In this document: piece by piece, positions 1 to 8,976 of the stretch | How the letters are laid out: each line of letters starts with the position of its first letter | Numbering within the stretch: position 1 is the first letter of the stretch | From: Thermodesulfobacteriota bacterium | GTDB lineage: Bacteria; Desulfobacterota; Desulfarculia; JACQYL01 | Reading direction: 5' to 3' | Length of the DNA stretch: 64,000 bases | Assembly (NCBI GenBank): GCA_963675595.2 | Contig: CAXXLZ010000002.1 | Location: 3,424,001 to 3,488,000, forward strand | Translations under genes and position numbers: made by a program | Notes under the pieces: model-generated | Told to the model about the DNA's origin: nothing | Databases searched by the model: none | What the model saw: only the letters and a program-made list of their open reading frames with translations

Positions 1-1
1 G

Positions 2-52
2 GTTGTCGAAGTGATCATAATGGACCCGAACGAAGGGCAACAGCCCCAATAA
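2..52 (+). CDS. 3' end of upstream gene (possibly CdaR/YbbR-like, by synteny with glmM)
   Basis: Open frame [16 protein letters not shown] ending just before the glmM RBS; identity inferred only from the common cdaA-ybbR-glmM order. Confidence 0.3.
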   Translation, partial: VVEVIIMDPNEGQQPQ

Positions 53-63
53 GGAGAGAACAC

Positions 64-1416
64 TTGCGTCGTCTTTTTGGAACGGACGGAATTCGCGGTG
101 TGGCCAACGTCTATCCCATGACCGGGGAGGTCGCCATGCAGGTGGGCCGCGGCGTGGCTCACCTGTTTAAAGATAAGAACCGACGGAACAAGATACTTAT
201 CGGCAAGGACACTCGGCTGTCCGGGTACATGCTTGAAAACGCCATTACGAGCGGAATCTGCTCCATGGGCGTGGACGTCCTGCTCTTGGGGCCCATCCCG
301 ACTCCGGGCGTGGCGTTTCTCAGCACCAACATGCGGGCCGATGCGGGAATTATGATCAGCGCCTCTCATAATCCGTTTCAGGATAACGGGATCAAAATAT
401 TCTCAAGGGACGGTTTCAAGCTGCCCGATGCCCAAGAACTGCAGATCGAAGACCTGATATTCTCAAATGAAATCGACTCATTACGTCCAACTGCGGAGGA
501 AGTCGGCAAGGCGTTCCGCGTGGAGGACGCCCTGGGCAGATACATCGTGTATCTGAAGAACGGCTTTCCTCTCGAGATGACTCTGGACGGCATTAAGATC
601 GTCATCGATTGTTCCCACGGAGCCACTTACCGCGTGGCTCCTTCGGTATTCGAAGAGTTGGGAGCTGAAATCCATGTGATCGGTGCGTCGCCCAACGGAG
701 AAAACATCAACAAAGACTGCGGCAGTCAGTCCCCGGAATATCTGGCGCGGCAGGTGCTGGAGAAGAAAGCGGACCTCGGAGCCGCGTTCGACGGCGATGG
801 AGACCGGGTGATCCTTGTGGACGAAAACGGGTCGATTGTAGACGGAGACCACGTGTTGTCCATTCTCGCGAAAGAGATGCACGAAGAGGAGCGGCTGAAT
901 AAGAACACCGTGGTGGGCACCTTGATGAGCAACCTGGGTCTGGAGACGGCTCTGACTTCCATCGGCGTCAAACTGACTCGCACGGACGTGGGCGATCGCT
1001 ATGTGGTGGAAGAGATGCGGAGATCCGGCTACAATCTCGGCGGAGAACAATCGGGCCATGTGGTCTTGTTGGACCACAGCACGACCGGAGACGGCATCCT
1101 GACCGCCCTTCGAGTATTGGCCGTTATGCAGCGGAAGGGAAAAAGCTTGGCCGACTTGGATTGCGTGATGGAAACCTATCCTCAGGTGTTGGTGAATGTA
1201 GAGGTCAAAGAGAAGCCGGACTTGTTGGCCGTTCCGGAGATCAAGAAAGCTCACGACTTGCTGGTAAAGACCCTAGGCAACGATGGGCGGTTGTTGTTGC
1301 GCTATTCGGGAACGTCTTCCAAAGCCCGAGTCATGATCGAGGGGGAAGACCTCGCAAAGATCAGCGCCATGGCGGAAGAAATGGCGGAAGTCATTCGCAA
1401 ACGCATCGGTTGTTGA
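64..1416 (+). CDS. glmM: phosphoglucosamine mutase
   Basis: [14 protein letters not shown] phosphoserine loop, DGDGDR, GGEQSGH; TTG start after AAGGAG. Confidence 0.97.
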   Translation: MRRLFGTDGIRGVANVYPMTGEVAMQVGRGVAHLFKDKNRRNKILIGKDTRLSGYMLENAITSGICSMGVDVLLLGPIPTPGVAFLSTNMRADAGIMISASHNPFQDNGIKIFSRDGFKLPDAQELQIEDLIFSNEIDSLRPTAEEVGKAFRVEDALGRYIVYLKNGFPLEMTLDGIKIVIDCSHGATYRVAPSVFEELGAEIHVIGASPNGENINKDCGSQSPEYLARQVLEKKADLGAAFDGDGDRVILVDENGSIVDGDHVLSILAKEMHEEERLNKNTVVGTLMSNLGLETALTSIGVKLTRTDVGDRYVVEEMRRSGYNLGGEQSGHVVLLDHSTTGDGILTALRVLAVMQRKGKSLADLDCVMETYPQVLVNVEVKEKPDLLAVPEIKKAHDLLVKTLGNDGRLLLRYSGTSSKARVMIEGEDLAKISAMAEEMAEVIRKRIGC

Positions 1417-1463
1417 TTTTTTGGAACCTTCGGTAATTTAAACTATTATTTGGGCGGAGTGCT

Positions 1464-2243
1464 ATGGAGAAGGGTCTGTTGCTCGTGCTGGACGCCGGGA
1501 ACACGAATACGGTTATCGGTGTGTTCAAAGACAAGAAACTTATTGCCGATTGGCGCATCAGAACGGAACGCAATCGAACCGTGGACGAGTACGAAGTGCT
1601 CATGGACGGCCTGCTTCGCCTGAAAGGCGTGGATCGAAAGTCGATCCAGGGAGTGGCTCTGGCCTGTGTGGTGCCCCCCATGTTGTCCAATCTTGAAGAG
1701 CTTTCAGTCTCTTTTATCGGCCGGAAACCGTTGGTGGTGGAACCCGGCATCAAAACCGGCATGCCCCTTCTGGTGGATAATCCCAGGGAAGTAGGCGCCG
1801 ACCGGGTGGTGAACTCCGTTGCGGCTTATGAAAGATTCCGCACCAGTTTGATCGTGATTGATCTGGGCACGGCCACGACCTTCGACGCGGTGTCGGTGCG
1901 GGGAGAGTACCTGGGCGGAGCCATCGCTCCGGGCATCATGATTTCGTGTGAAGCGCTGTTTTTCAAGGCCTCCAAGCTTCCGCGCGTGGAAATCTTCGGG
2001 CATCCCAGGGCGGCCATCGGCAAGGATACGGTGAGCGCCATGAATTCCGGCATTGTTTATGGCTTCGCCGGGATGATCGAGGGCATGGTGCGACGCATGA
2101 GCAAGGAATTGACTCCTCCGCCCAAAGTGATCGCCACCGGCGGTTTGGCCGGAATGCTCGAGAAAGTCTGCGATTGTATTGAGGAAGTGGACGAAAACCT
2201 CACCCTGGAAGGCTTGCGAATCATTTATGACCGAAACCGATAG
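1464..2243 (+). CDS. coaX: type III pantothenate kinase
   Basis: DAGNTNT, EVGADR, DLGTATTFD, ATGG, LTLEGL motifs. Confidence 0.95.
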   Translation: MEKGLLLVLDAGNTNTVIGVFKDKKLIADWRIRTERNRTVDEYEVLMDGLLRLKGVDRKSIQGVALACVVPPMLSNLEELSVSFIGRKPLVVEPGIKTGMPLLVDNPREVGADRVVNSVAAYERFRTSLIVIDLGTATTFDAVSVRGEYLGGAIAPGIMISCEALFFKASKLPRVEIFGHPRAAIGKDTVSAMNSGIVYGFAGMIEGMVRRMSKELTPPPKVIATGGLAGMLEKVCDCIEEVDENLTLEGLRIIYDRNR

Positions 2244-3135
2244 GGTGTTGATTGTCCCGCCGGCTTCAGGGACGCAATCCTCATTGGGCATCGCCGCGCC
2301 CGCGTCTCCTTTCGATTCGGAGAGCTTCCAAAAGGGCGTTGAAATTCTGAAAACCGCCGGTTTCCAAGTTAGCTGCTCCTCCGGAATCTACGAGCGCGAG
2401 GCCTACTTGGCGGGTTCGGACCAAAACCGAGCCCGGTCGTTGAACGATCTCTGGGCCGACTCCGGAGTAGCGGCGATTCTCTGCGCGCGCGGCGGGTACG
2501 GATCCCTGAGGCTCCTGGAACTCCTGGACTTTCAGGTTCCGGCGCAACATCCTAAACGATTTGTGGGATTCAGCGACGTAACCGCGTTGCTGAACGCCCT
2601 CTCCATGAAAAGCGGGATCGTCGCCTTTCACGGCCCCATGGTTACCTCGCTCTCCGATCTGAATGAAGCCTCCAAGGAACGTCTTTTCGAAGTCTTGATT
2701 CAGGACGACCTGTCACCCCGGATCTGGCCCGATGTTTCCGTGCTGGTACGTGGAACATCCACGGGCCGGTTGGTGGGAGGAAACCTGACGGTGCTTTGCC
2801 ACACGTTGGGTACGCCGTTTGAACCCGACTTCCGGTCGGCGGTACTGTTGATGGAGGACGTGGGGGAGCCGATGTACCGGATTGACCGGTGCCTTACCCA
2901 TCTCCATCTCACCGGGAGATTGGAACGACTCGCCGGTATCCTGATCGGAGATTTCAAAGGGGGACCACCCAAAGAAGAGATTTGGAACCGGGTCCTGGAC
3001 CTTTGGGGCACGGGGGAGTTTCCCATTTGGGGAGACGTCCCGGTGGGCCACGGTCCGAGGAACGAGATTCTCCCCATCGGAATGACCGTGCAACTGGATT
3101 CCTACGAACGGCGTATTGTTTTCGTTCGTCCTTGA
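2227..3135 (+). CDS. ldcA: LD-carboxypeptidase (peptidase S66)
   Basis: RGGYG, GFSD (catalytic Ser), HGPM, GGNL, EDVGE (Glu), VGHG (His); start overlaps end of coaX. Confidence 0.9.
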   Translation: MTETDRVLIVPPASGTQSSLGIAAPASPFDSESFQKGVEILKTAGFQVSCSSGIYEREAYLAGSDQNRARSLNDLWADSGVAAILCARGGYGSLRLLELLDFQVPAQHPKRFVGFSDVTALLNALSMKSGIVAFHGPMVTSLSDLNEASKERLFEVLIQDDLSPRIWPDVSVLVRGTSTGRLVGGNLTVLCHTLGTPFEPDFRSAVLLMEDVGEPMYRIDRCLTHLHLTGRLERLAGILIGDFKGGPPKEEIWNRVLDLWGTGEFPIWGDVPVGHGPRNEILPIGMTVQLDSYERRIVFVRP

Positions 3136-3169
3136 GTCCGTGGGGGATTGCCGTCTCTCTGGGAGTTTC

Positions 3170-4291
3170 ATGCAAGTTCAGTTCTCCGGAACGGGAATTG
3201 TTCCTTCGGCCGTCGGCCGAGCCATGCGGCATGCTTTAGAGCAAAAGGTATTCGCCGGGGCGGTGCTCCTGGCCGGAGATTCGCAGTCGATTTATTTCAC
3301 CGGGGCGTTCGGGCGCTCTCAGGTGCTTCCCAACCCCTTGCCCATGGCCGAAGGCACCGTCTTCGACGTTGCGTCTTTGACCAAGCCCTTGGCTGCGGCT
3401 ACGGCTGTGGCCTTCTTGGTGGATGAAGGTCGTCTGACCTGGACTTCCGAATTGGGGGAAGTACTTCCCGGGGAGATACCCGAGGACAAAGCGGGCATAA
3501 GCCTGGAGCAGCTTCTTTGCCACACCTCGGGTCTGCCCGCCTTCCGTCCTTACTATCGAATGGTCCAATCGCCGGACAGGCTGCCGCCTAAAAATCCGGT
3601 AGCGGGGCTTGCGGCGTCTGAAGCACTTGCGCACCCTCCCGGAAGCCGGGTCGTCTACAGTGATGTGGGCTATCTATTGCTGGGCCGAGTGGTGGAGAAG
3701 ACCGCGGGAGAGCCCCTGGATTCATGGATCGCTCGAAAGCTGTACGGCCCCTTGGGGCTCAGAGACACCGGATTTCGCCCCTGTGATCTTCCGGGCTTCG
3801 AAGCAAGCCGCTACTGCTGTTCCGCTTATTGTGCCTGGCGAAAACGTTTCCTGCGCGGAGAGGTCCATGATCGAAACGCTTTTGCGGCCCACGGCGTGGC
3901 GGGACACGCAGGTTTGTTTTCCACTGCGGCCGATTTGTATGTTCTGCTGAGGGAACTGTTCTTAGGATTCCATTCCGAATCCGACCGAATCGGTCTTTCC
4001 GCACCGCTGATTCGAGACCTGTTTCTCCGACGCGGGCCGGTTGCGGGGAACTCTTTTCGGATGGGCTTCGATACGCCGTCGCCGACCGGATCCCAGGCGG
4101 GGGATTTGTTCCCTCGGAACAGCGTGGGGCATCTCGGCTTTACGGGGGCGTCCTTTTGGATGGACCTGGAGTCCGGGTTCCAAATCATTTTGTTGACCAA
4201 CCGGCTTTTGGGCAGGCCGAGAACGGCGATTCGCTCTTTTCGTCCAAGGCTCCACGAGCTTGTCCAACGGGAAATGGGTATGGCCCGATAG
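3170..4291 (+). CDS. serine hydrolase, beta-lactamase class C/AmiE-like family
   Basis: FDVASLTK (SxxK), LLCHTSGL, YSD, GHAGLFS, GHLGFTG. Confidence 0.85.
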   Translation: MQVQFSGTGIVPSAVGRAMRHALEQKVFAGAVLLAGDSQSIYFTGAFGRSQVLPNPLPMAEGTVFDVASLTKPLAAATAVAFLVDEGRLTWTSELGEVLPGEIPEDKAGISLEQLLCHTSGLPAFRPYYRMVQSPDRLPPKNPVAGLAASEALAHPPGSRVVYSDVGYLLLGRVVEKTAGEPLDSWIARKLYGPLGLRDTGFRPCDLPGFEASRYCCSAYCAWRKRFLRGEVHDRNAFAAHGVAGHAGLFSTAADLYVLLRELFLGFHSESDRIGLSAPLIRDLFLRRGPVAGNSFRMGFDTPSPTGSQAGDLFPRNSVGHLGFTGASFWMDLESGFQIILLTNRLLGRPRTAIRSFRPRLHELVQREMGMAR

Positions 4292-4334
4292 GGCATCACT
4301 CATTTTTCGAACCGGTGATTCACAGGAGGTAAGG

Positions 4335-5333
4335 ATGTCTCTGCAGGAAGATTCGATAACGCCGGAATTTCTTCTTCAAATATCCGGAGCCTATTGGCGG
4401 ACGTGCACATTACACGCCGGCGTGGCTCTCGACGTATTCACCGTGATGGAACAGGGTCCTCTCACGGCGGAACGTACGGCGGAACTCTTGAACGCGGATT
4501 TGCGGGCCACCCGGATGCTCCTGAACGCTTTGGCCGCCATGAATCTGTTGCTTAAAAAGGGGGAGGCCTACTCCAACAGCGCGGCCGCTTCAAGATGGCT
4601 GGTGAAGACCTCACCGGATTACTTAGGGTACATGATCCGACATCATCACCATTTGGTGGAGGCTTGGGGAAGACTGCCCATATCCGTCAAAGAGGGGAAA
4701 CCCGTGAAACGGGAATCCCACGGTGAGGAAGAAGAACGGGAAAGCTTCCTCATGGGGATGTTCAATCTGGCCATGGCCATTGCGCCCCGCGTGGCTTCAA
4801 CGATCGACCTGTCGGGCAAGGCGAGACTGCTCGATTTGGGCGGCGGCCCGGGTACTTACGCCATCCATTTTTGCCTTCACAATCCGGAGCTGAGAGCCGT
4901 GGTCTTCGACCTGCCTACCACGGAGGTTTTCGCCCGCAAGACCTTCGAACGGTTCGGCGTGTCGGACCGGGTGGATTTCATAGCCGGCAACTTCAGTCGA
5001 GACCCCATCCCGGAGAAGTTCGACGTGGTCTGGCTGTCTCAGGTTCTTCATGGAGAAAGCCCTGAAGAGGCCGCTCGTCTCGTTCACAAGGCGGTCCGAT
5101 CTCTGGAACCGGGGGGGATGATTCTCATACATGAATTCATTCTGAACGACACCATGGACGGCCCTCTATTTCCTGCGCTGTTTTCACTGAACATGCTGGT
5201 GAATACGCCTCACGGGCAGGCCTATTCCCAAGGCCAACTAACGCAAATGCTCGAGGACGCGGGGGCGCGAAACGTTCGGAGGCTGGACTTTAGAGGCCCT
5301 ACGGATTCCGGCATCGTGGCGGCCGACGCATAG
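4335..5333 (+). CDS. SAM-dependent O-methyltransferase (methyltransferase family 2 with dimerisation domain)
   Basis: LDLGGGPG SAM motif, FDLP, N-terminal winged-helix region; AGGAGG RBS. Confidence 0.88.
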   Translation: MSLQEDSITPEFLLQISGAYWRTCTLHAGVALDVFTVMEQGPLTAERTAELLNADLRATRMLLNALAAMNLLLKKGEAYSNSAAASRWLVKTSPDYLGYMIRHHHHLVEAWGRLPISVKEGKPVKRESHGEEEERESFLMGMFNLAMAIAPRVASTIDLSGKARLLDLGGGPGTYAIHFCLHNPELRAVVFDLPTTEVFARKTFERFGVSDRVDFIAGNFSRDPIPEKFDVVWLSQVLHGESPEEAARLVHKAVRSLEPGGMILIHEFILNDTMDGPLFPALFSLNMLVNTPHGQAYSQGQLTQMLEDAGARNVRRLDFRGPTDSGIVAADA

Positions 5334-5485
5334 CAGTCCAGTGAAAACGAGATCTACGGCGTTGCGCCTCTTCCCTCGTCATCGCGACGACCTTTTTGGG
5401 TACGCCTGCTTCATTCCTCGGGATCTGGGCGCTTTGCATGTCATCGCTTCTCAATAATCCGCAGATCGACCTTTTTACCGGGCTG
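5334..5485. repeat. degenerate MITE/REP-like intergenic element with imperfect terminal inverted repeats
   Basis: CAGTCCAGTGAAAA (5334-5347) matches the reverse complement of TTTTTACCGGGCTG (5472-5485) at 11/14 positions; GC-rich interior. Confidence 0.45.
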
Positions 5486-5557
5486 ATGTAACCTTTTGGG
5501 GCCGTCGACAAGAAAACCGGTCGATACCTTCTCAGCAATGAAAACTCGCTCGGGGGA

Positions 5558-6997
5558 GTGAAACAGTTGAATCTAGATGATCTGAGCATGAATCATGTGC
5601 CGGACAAGATACGCAAAGTCCATCTCATGGGAGTCTGCGGTACGGGAATGGCGGCCTTGGCGGGCATGCTCAAATCCCGAGGTTTGGACGTCGGCGGATC
5701 CGACCAGGCCGTATATCCGCCCATGAGCGAATTCCTGGAGAAACAGGGGATTCCGGTGGAAGAAGGTTACCGGCCTGAAAATCTGAACGGTGATCCCGAT
5801 CTGGTCATCGTGGGAAACGTGATTCGAAGGGACAATCCCGAGGCCGAGGAGATGAGGAAGAGGCGTTTGCCTTTTCTTTCCATGGCCCAGGCCGTTTCTC
5901 ATTTCTTCATACGCGGCAGACGATCCATTGTGGCGGCCGGGACTCACGGCAAGACCACGACTTGCTCCATGATCGCCTGGGTGCTCGAAAGCGCGGGCCT
6001 GGACCCTGGATTCATGATCGGAGGAATCCTATCCAATTTCGGCAGGAACTATCAGGTGGGCGATGGTCCGTTCTTTGTGACCGAAGGGGACGAATACGAT
6101 ACGGCCTATTTCGATAAGGGGCCCAAGTTTCTGCATTATCGTCCGGAGATGCTGATTCTTACCAGTATCGAATTCGATCACGCGGATATTTATCGTGATC
6201 TCGAACACGTCAAAGAGAGCTTTCGGAAATTGCTGAGAATATTGCCGGAGCGCGGGGTGCTGATCGCCAACAAAGAGGACGAAAGAGTCATGGAGCTGGC
6301 TCGAACGTGCCCCGCCCGGATCCGCACCTATGGTTTGGACTCCGGAGCGGACTGGTCGGCCGTGTTCGTCGGCAGGGAGGGAACCGATCAGCTTTTCGAG
6401 GTGTTACATCAAGGAGAGCCGTATGGACGATTCCGACTTCCCATGATCGGTGAACACAACTTGAAAAACGCGCTGGCGGTGGTGGCGTTGGCCCACGAAT
6501 CCGGGCTGGACCGCATCCGTGTAGCCGAGGCGCTCGCTTCCTTCCGGGGGGTTCGGCGGAGGCAGGAGGTGAGGGGCGAGAAACGGGGCATTCTGATTAT
6601 GGATGATTTCGCCCACCATCCCACGGAAGTGAAGGAAACCGTGGCCGCGGTCCGACATGCCTATCCGGATCGACGCTTGGTTGCTGTTTTTGAACCCCGA
6701 ACCAACACGAGTCGGAGAAACGTGTTTCAAGAGCTCTATCCCGACTCTTTCAAAGGGGCGGACCAAGTGTTCGTACGCCAACCGCCCGACCTGCACAAGG
6801 TCTCGGAGGACCAACGTTTTTCATCGCAGCGGCTGGCGGCCGATCTGGCGGGGCGAGGATTGGATGCTCGGTACTTCGAGGATACGGACGCCCTTCTAAA
6901 GGGCCTCCTGGCGGAGTGCCGAGCCGGAGACCTGGTGCTGATCATGTCCAACGGCGGTTTCGACGGACTCCATGGAAGGTTGCTGAACTCACTTTGA
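5558..6997 (+). CDS. mpl: murein peptide ligase (UDP-MurNAc:tripeptide ligase)
   Basis: GVCGTGM, GTHGKTTT, EGDEYDTAYFDK, EFDHADIY, DDFAHHPT, FEPRTNT, MSNGGF. Confidence 0.93.
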   Translation: MKQLNLDDLSMNHVPDKIRKVHLMGVCGTGMAALAGMLKSRGLDVGGSDQAVYPPMSEFLEKQGIPVEEGYRPENLNGDPDLVIVGNVIRRDNPEAEEMRKRRLPFLSMAQAVSHFFIRGRRSIVAAGTHGKTTTCSMIAWVLESAGLDPGFMIGGILSNFGRNYQVGDGPFFVTEGDEYDTAYFDKGPKFLHYRPEMLILTSIEFDHADIYRDLEHVKESFRKLLRILPERGVLIANKEDERVMELARTCPARIRTYGLDSGADWSAVFVGREGTDQLFEVLHQGEPYGRFRLPMIGEHNLKNALAVVALAHESGLDRIRVAEALASFRGVRRRQEVRGEKRGILIMDDFAHHPTEVKETVAAVRHAYPDRRLVAVFEPRTNTSRRNVFQELYPDSFKGADQVFVRQPPDLHKVSEDQRFSSQRLAADLAGRGLDARYFEDTDALLKGLLAECRAGDLVLIMSNGGFDGLHGRLLNSL

Positions 6998-7166
6998 CAC
7001 CGGGAGATGAGGGAAATTCCGGCTCGGCTTCTCCCTCGGCCCCTGGTCGTGCTTCTAAGCAAGGGTCGACTTGGTCCGGACACCCCCTCAGGCGAGGACC
7101 TTTCAAATCTTGAGGCGCGCACACGCCGGGTGAATCGGGTGAGGGACCGCAACGGGTCACGGATTT

Positions 7167-7334
7167 CTACACTTCGACAAAGGTTTCCTGCCAAGTGAAC
7201 CCGCAATTCGGGCAATCGAAATAAATCTCATAGCTGTCTCTGCCCTTGGGCTCCAGGGCGCATTCCACGGGGTATCCACACTCGGGGCACGCCTTGTCCG
7301 TGGCTTGTTCAAGAGTCCGCCTCTCTGTTTCCAT
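7167..7334 (-). CDS. small zinc-ribbon protein (~55 aa)
   Basis: Paired CPECG...CPNCG knuckles; AAGGAG upstream. Confidence 0.6.
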   Translation of the reverse strand: METERRTLEQATDKACPECGYPVECALEPKGRDSYEIYFDCPNCGFTWQETFVEV

Positions 7335-7632
7335 AACCGCCTTGTTCTCCTTATCAGGCGCCGGCACCGTTCATGCCCACGCGTATCTGCCGATAAAAAG
7401 AGACAGTATAGTGAAATTGATGCAAACTTCCAGGCATGATGAACCGAAGAACCCTCATTCCGATGCGATTTTGGCTTGGGAAGCCGGGCATGCTTGGTTG
7501 ATACCGTCGATCGGTATGTGGTAAGCCCGGGCCGGCCCGGCAAAGTATGTATATCCGGAAAATGGAAGTCGTCGCGTAGGGGCGTTGTTGTTGTGCCGAG
7601 CAAATTCAAAAGCCGACGGAAAGGGTAATTGA

Positions 7633-8868
7633 ATGGATTTCTACGACATCTTCTTCTACTTGTCCATGCTGGGTGGTTTTCTCATGGCCTTTTCTCTGGG
7701 TGCCAACGATGCGGCCAACGCCATGGCCTCGGCTGTGGGCGCTCGAGCCGTGACCGTGCGCCAGGCCGTCTTCATTGCGTCGATCATGAATTTCATCGGA
7801 GCTTCTTTTCTCGGAGGGCAGGTGGTGGCGACCATCAGCAAAGGAATCGTCGACACCCAAGCCCTCAACGATCCCATGCTGGTGACTTTGGGCATGTTCG
7901 CAACGTTGCTTACCGCCGGCTTCTTCGTACTGGTTTCAACCATTACCGGCTACCCGGTGTCGTCCACACACGCGGTGATCGGCGGTTTGATGGGATTCGG
8001 CTGCGCTTCCGGGGGATTCCAGGTGGTGTATTGGGGAAAACTCGTCGAGATCGTTTTGTCATGGATCATCAGTCCCGTACTGGGTGGGGTGACGGCCTTC
8101 GCCATGTACCGGTTGCTCCGCTGGGCCATGTTGGACCGCGAGGATCAGAGAGCCAATGCCCGCCGGTGGTGTCCCGTGTGGATGGGATTCACCGCCGGAA
8201 TCGTCACCCTGGACCTGGTGATCGATATCCCGGCTCTGGGATATCTGGAAAAGGATTGGTTCCTGTTGACGTTGGCCGGGGTGTTCATGACCCTTTATGT
8301 CTGGGAGATGGGCAAAAACCTGATTCGGGAATTCCTGGAACAACTGAAGGAGAGTGACGCCGTACAGGCGATTTTCAAACGGCTGCAAGTGTTCACCTCG
8401 GCGTACGTGGCCTTGTCCCAAGGGTCCAACGATGTGGCCAATGCCTTCGGGCCGGTGGTGGCCATTTACGCGATTGCGAAAACTCACCGACTGCCCGAGG
8501 GCGACGGATCGGTGCCCTCTTTCCTCCTCGTGATGGGGGGGATCGGCATTGCCGTCGGAATCTCCGTCTTGGGAAAGAAAGTCATCAAGACCGTGGGCCG
8601 GGACATCACCAAGCTGGACAATACGCGTGGGTATTCGGTGGATTTCTCGGTGGCGACCACGGTGCTTCTGGCTTCGCGCATGGGACTGCCGGTGTCTTCC
8701 ACCACGGTGGCGGTGGGCGCCGTGACCGGAGTCGGCCTGGCTCGCGGTAGTTCGGGTGTGAATGTGGGCAAGTTGCTCCGGATTTTTTCGGTCTGGATTC
8801 TCACCCTCCCCATTACGGCGTTGACTTGCGCCGGCTTCTTTTTGCTGCTAAAGGCGATTTTTTCGTAG
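7633..8868 (+). CDS. pit: inorganic phosphate transporter, PiT family
   Basis: GANDAANA and GSNDVANA signatures, PVSSTH/PVSSTT, many hydrophobic segments. Confidence 0.93.
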   Translation: MDFYDIFFYLSMLGGFLMAFSLGANDAANAMASAVGARAVTVRQAVFIASIMNFIGASFLGGQVVATISKGIVDTQALNDPMLVTLGMFATLLTAGFFVLVSTITGYPVSSTHAVIGGLMGFGCASGGFQVVYWGKLVEIVLSWIISPVLGGVTAFAMYRLLRWAMLDREDQRANARRWCPVWMGFTAGIVTLDLVIDIPALGYLEKDWFLLTLAGVFMTLYVWEMGKNLIREFLEQLKESDAVQAIFKRLQVFTSAYVALSQGSNDVANAFGPVVAIYAIAKTHRLPEGDGSVPSFLLVMGGIGIAVGISVLGKKVIKTVGRDITKLDNTRGYSVDFSVATTVLLASRMGLPVSSTTVAVGAVTGVGLARGSSGVNVGKLLRIFSVWILTLPITALTCAGFFLLLKAIFS

Positions 8869-8976
8869 CGGTCCGATTAGCATAAAATATTGGAGATTTC
8901 GTCCGCCTCGGAAGCGGTCTTTGGATAAGGCGCGCGAAATGAAGATTCACAGCGTCGGAAGAGGAAGGAACTTTTC

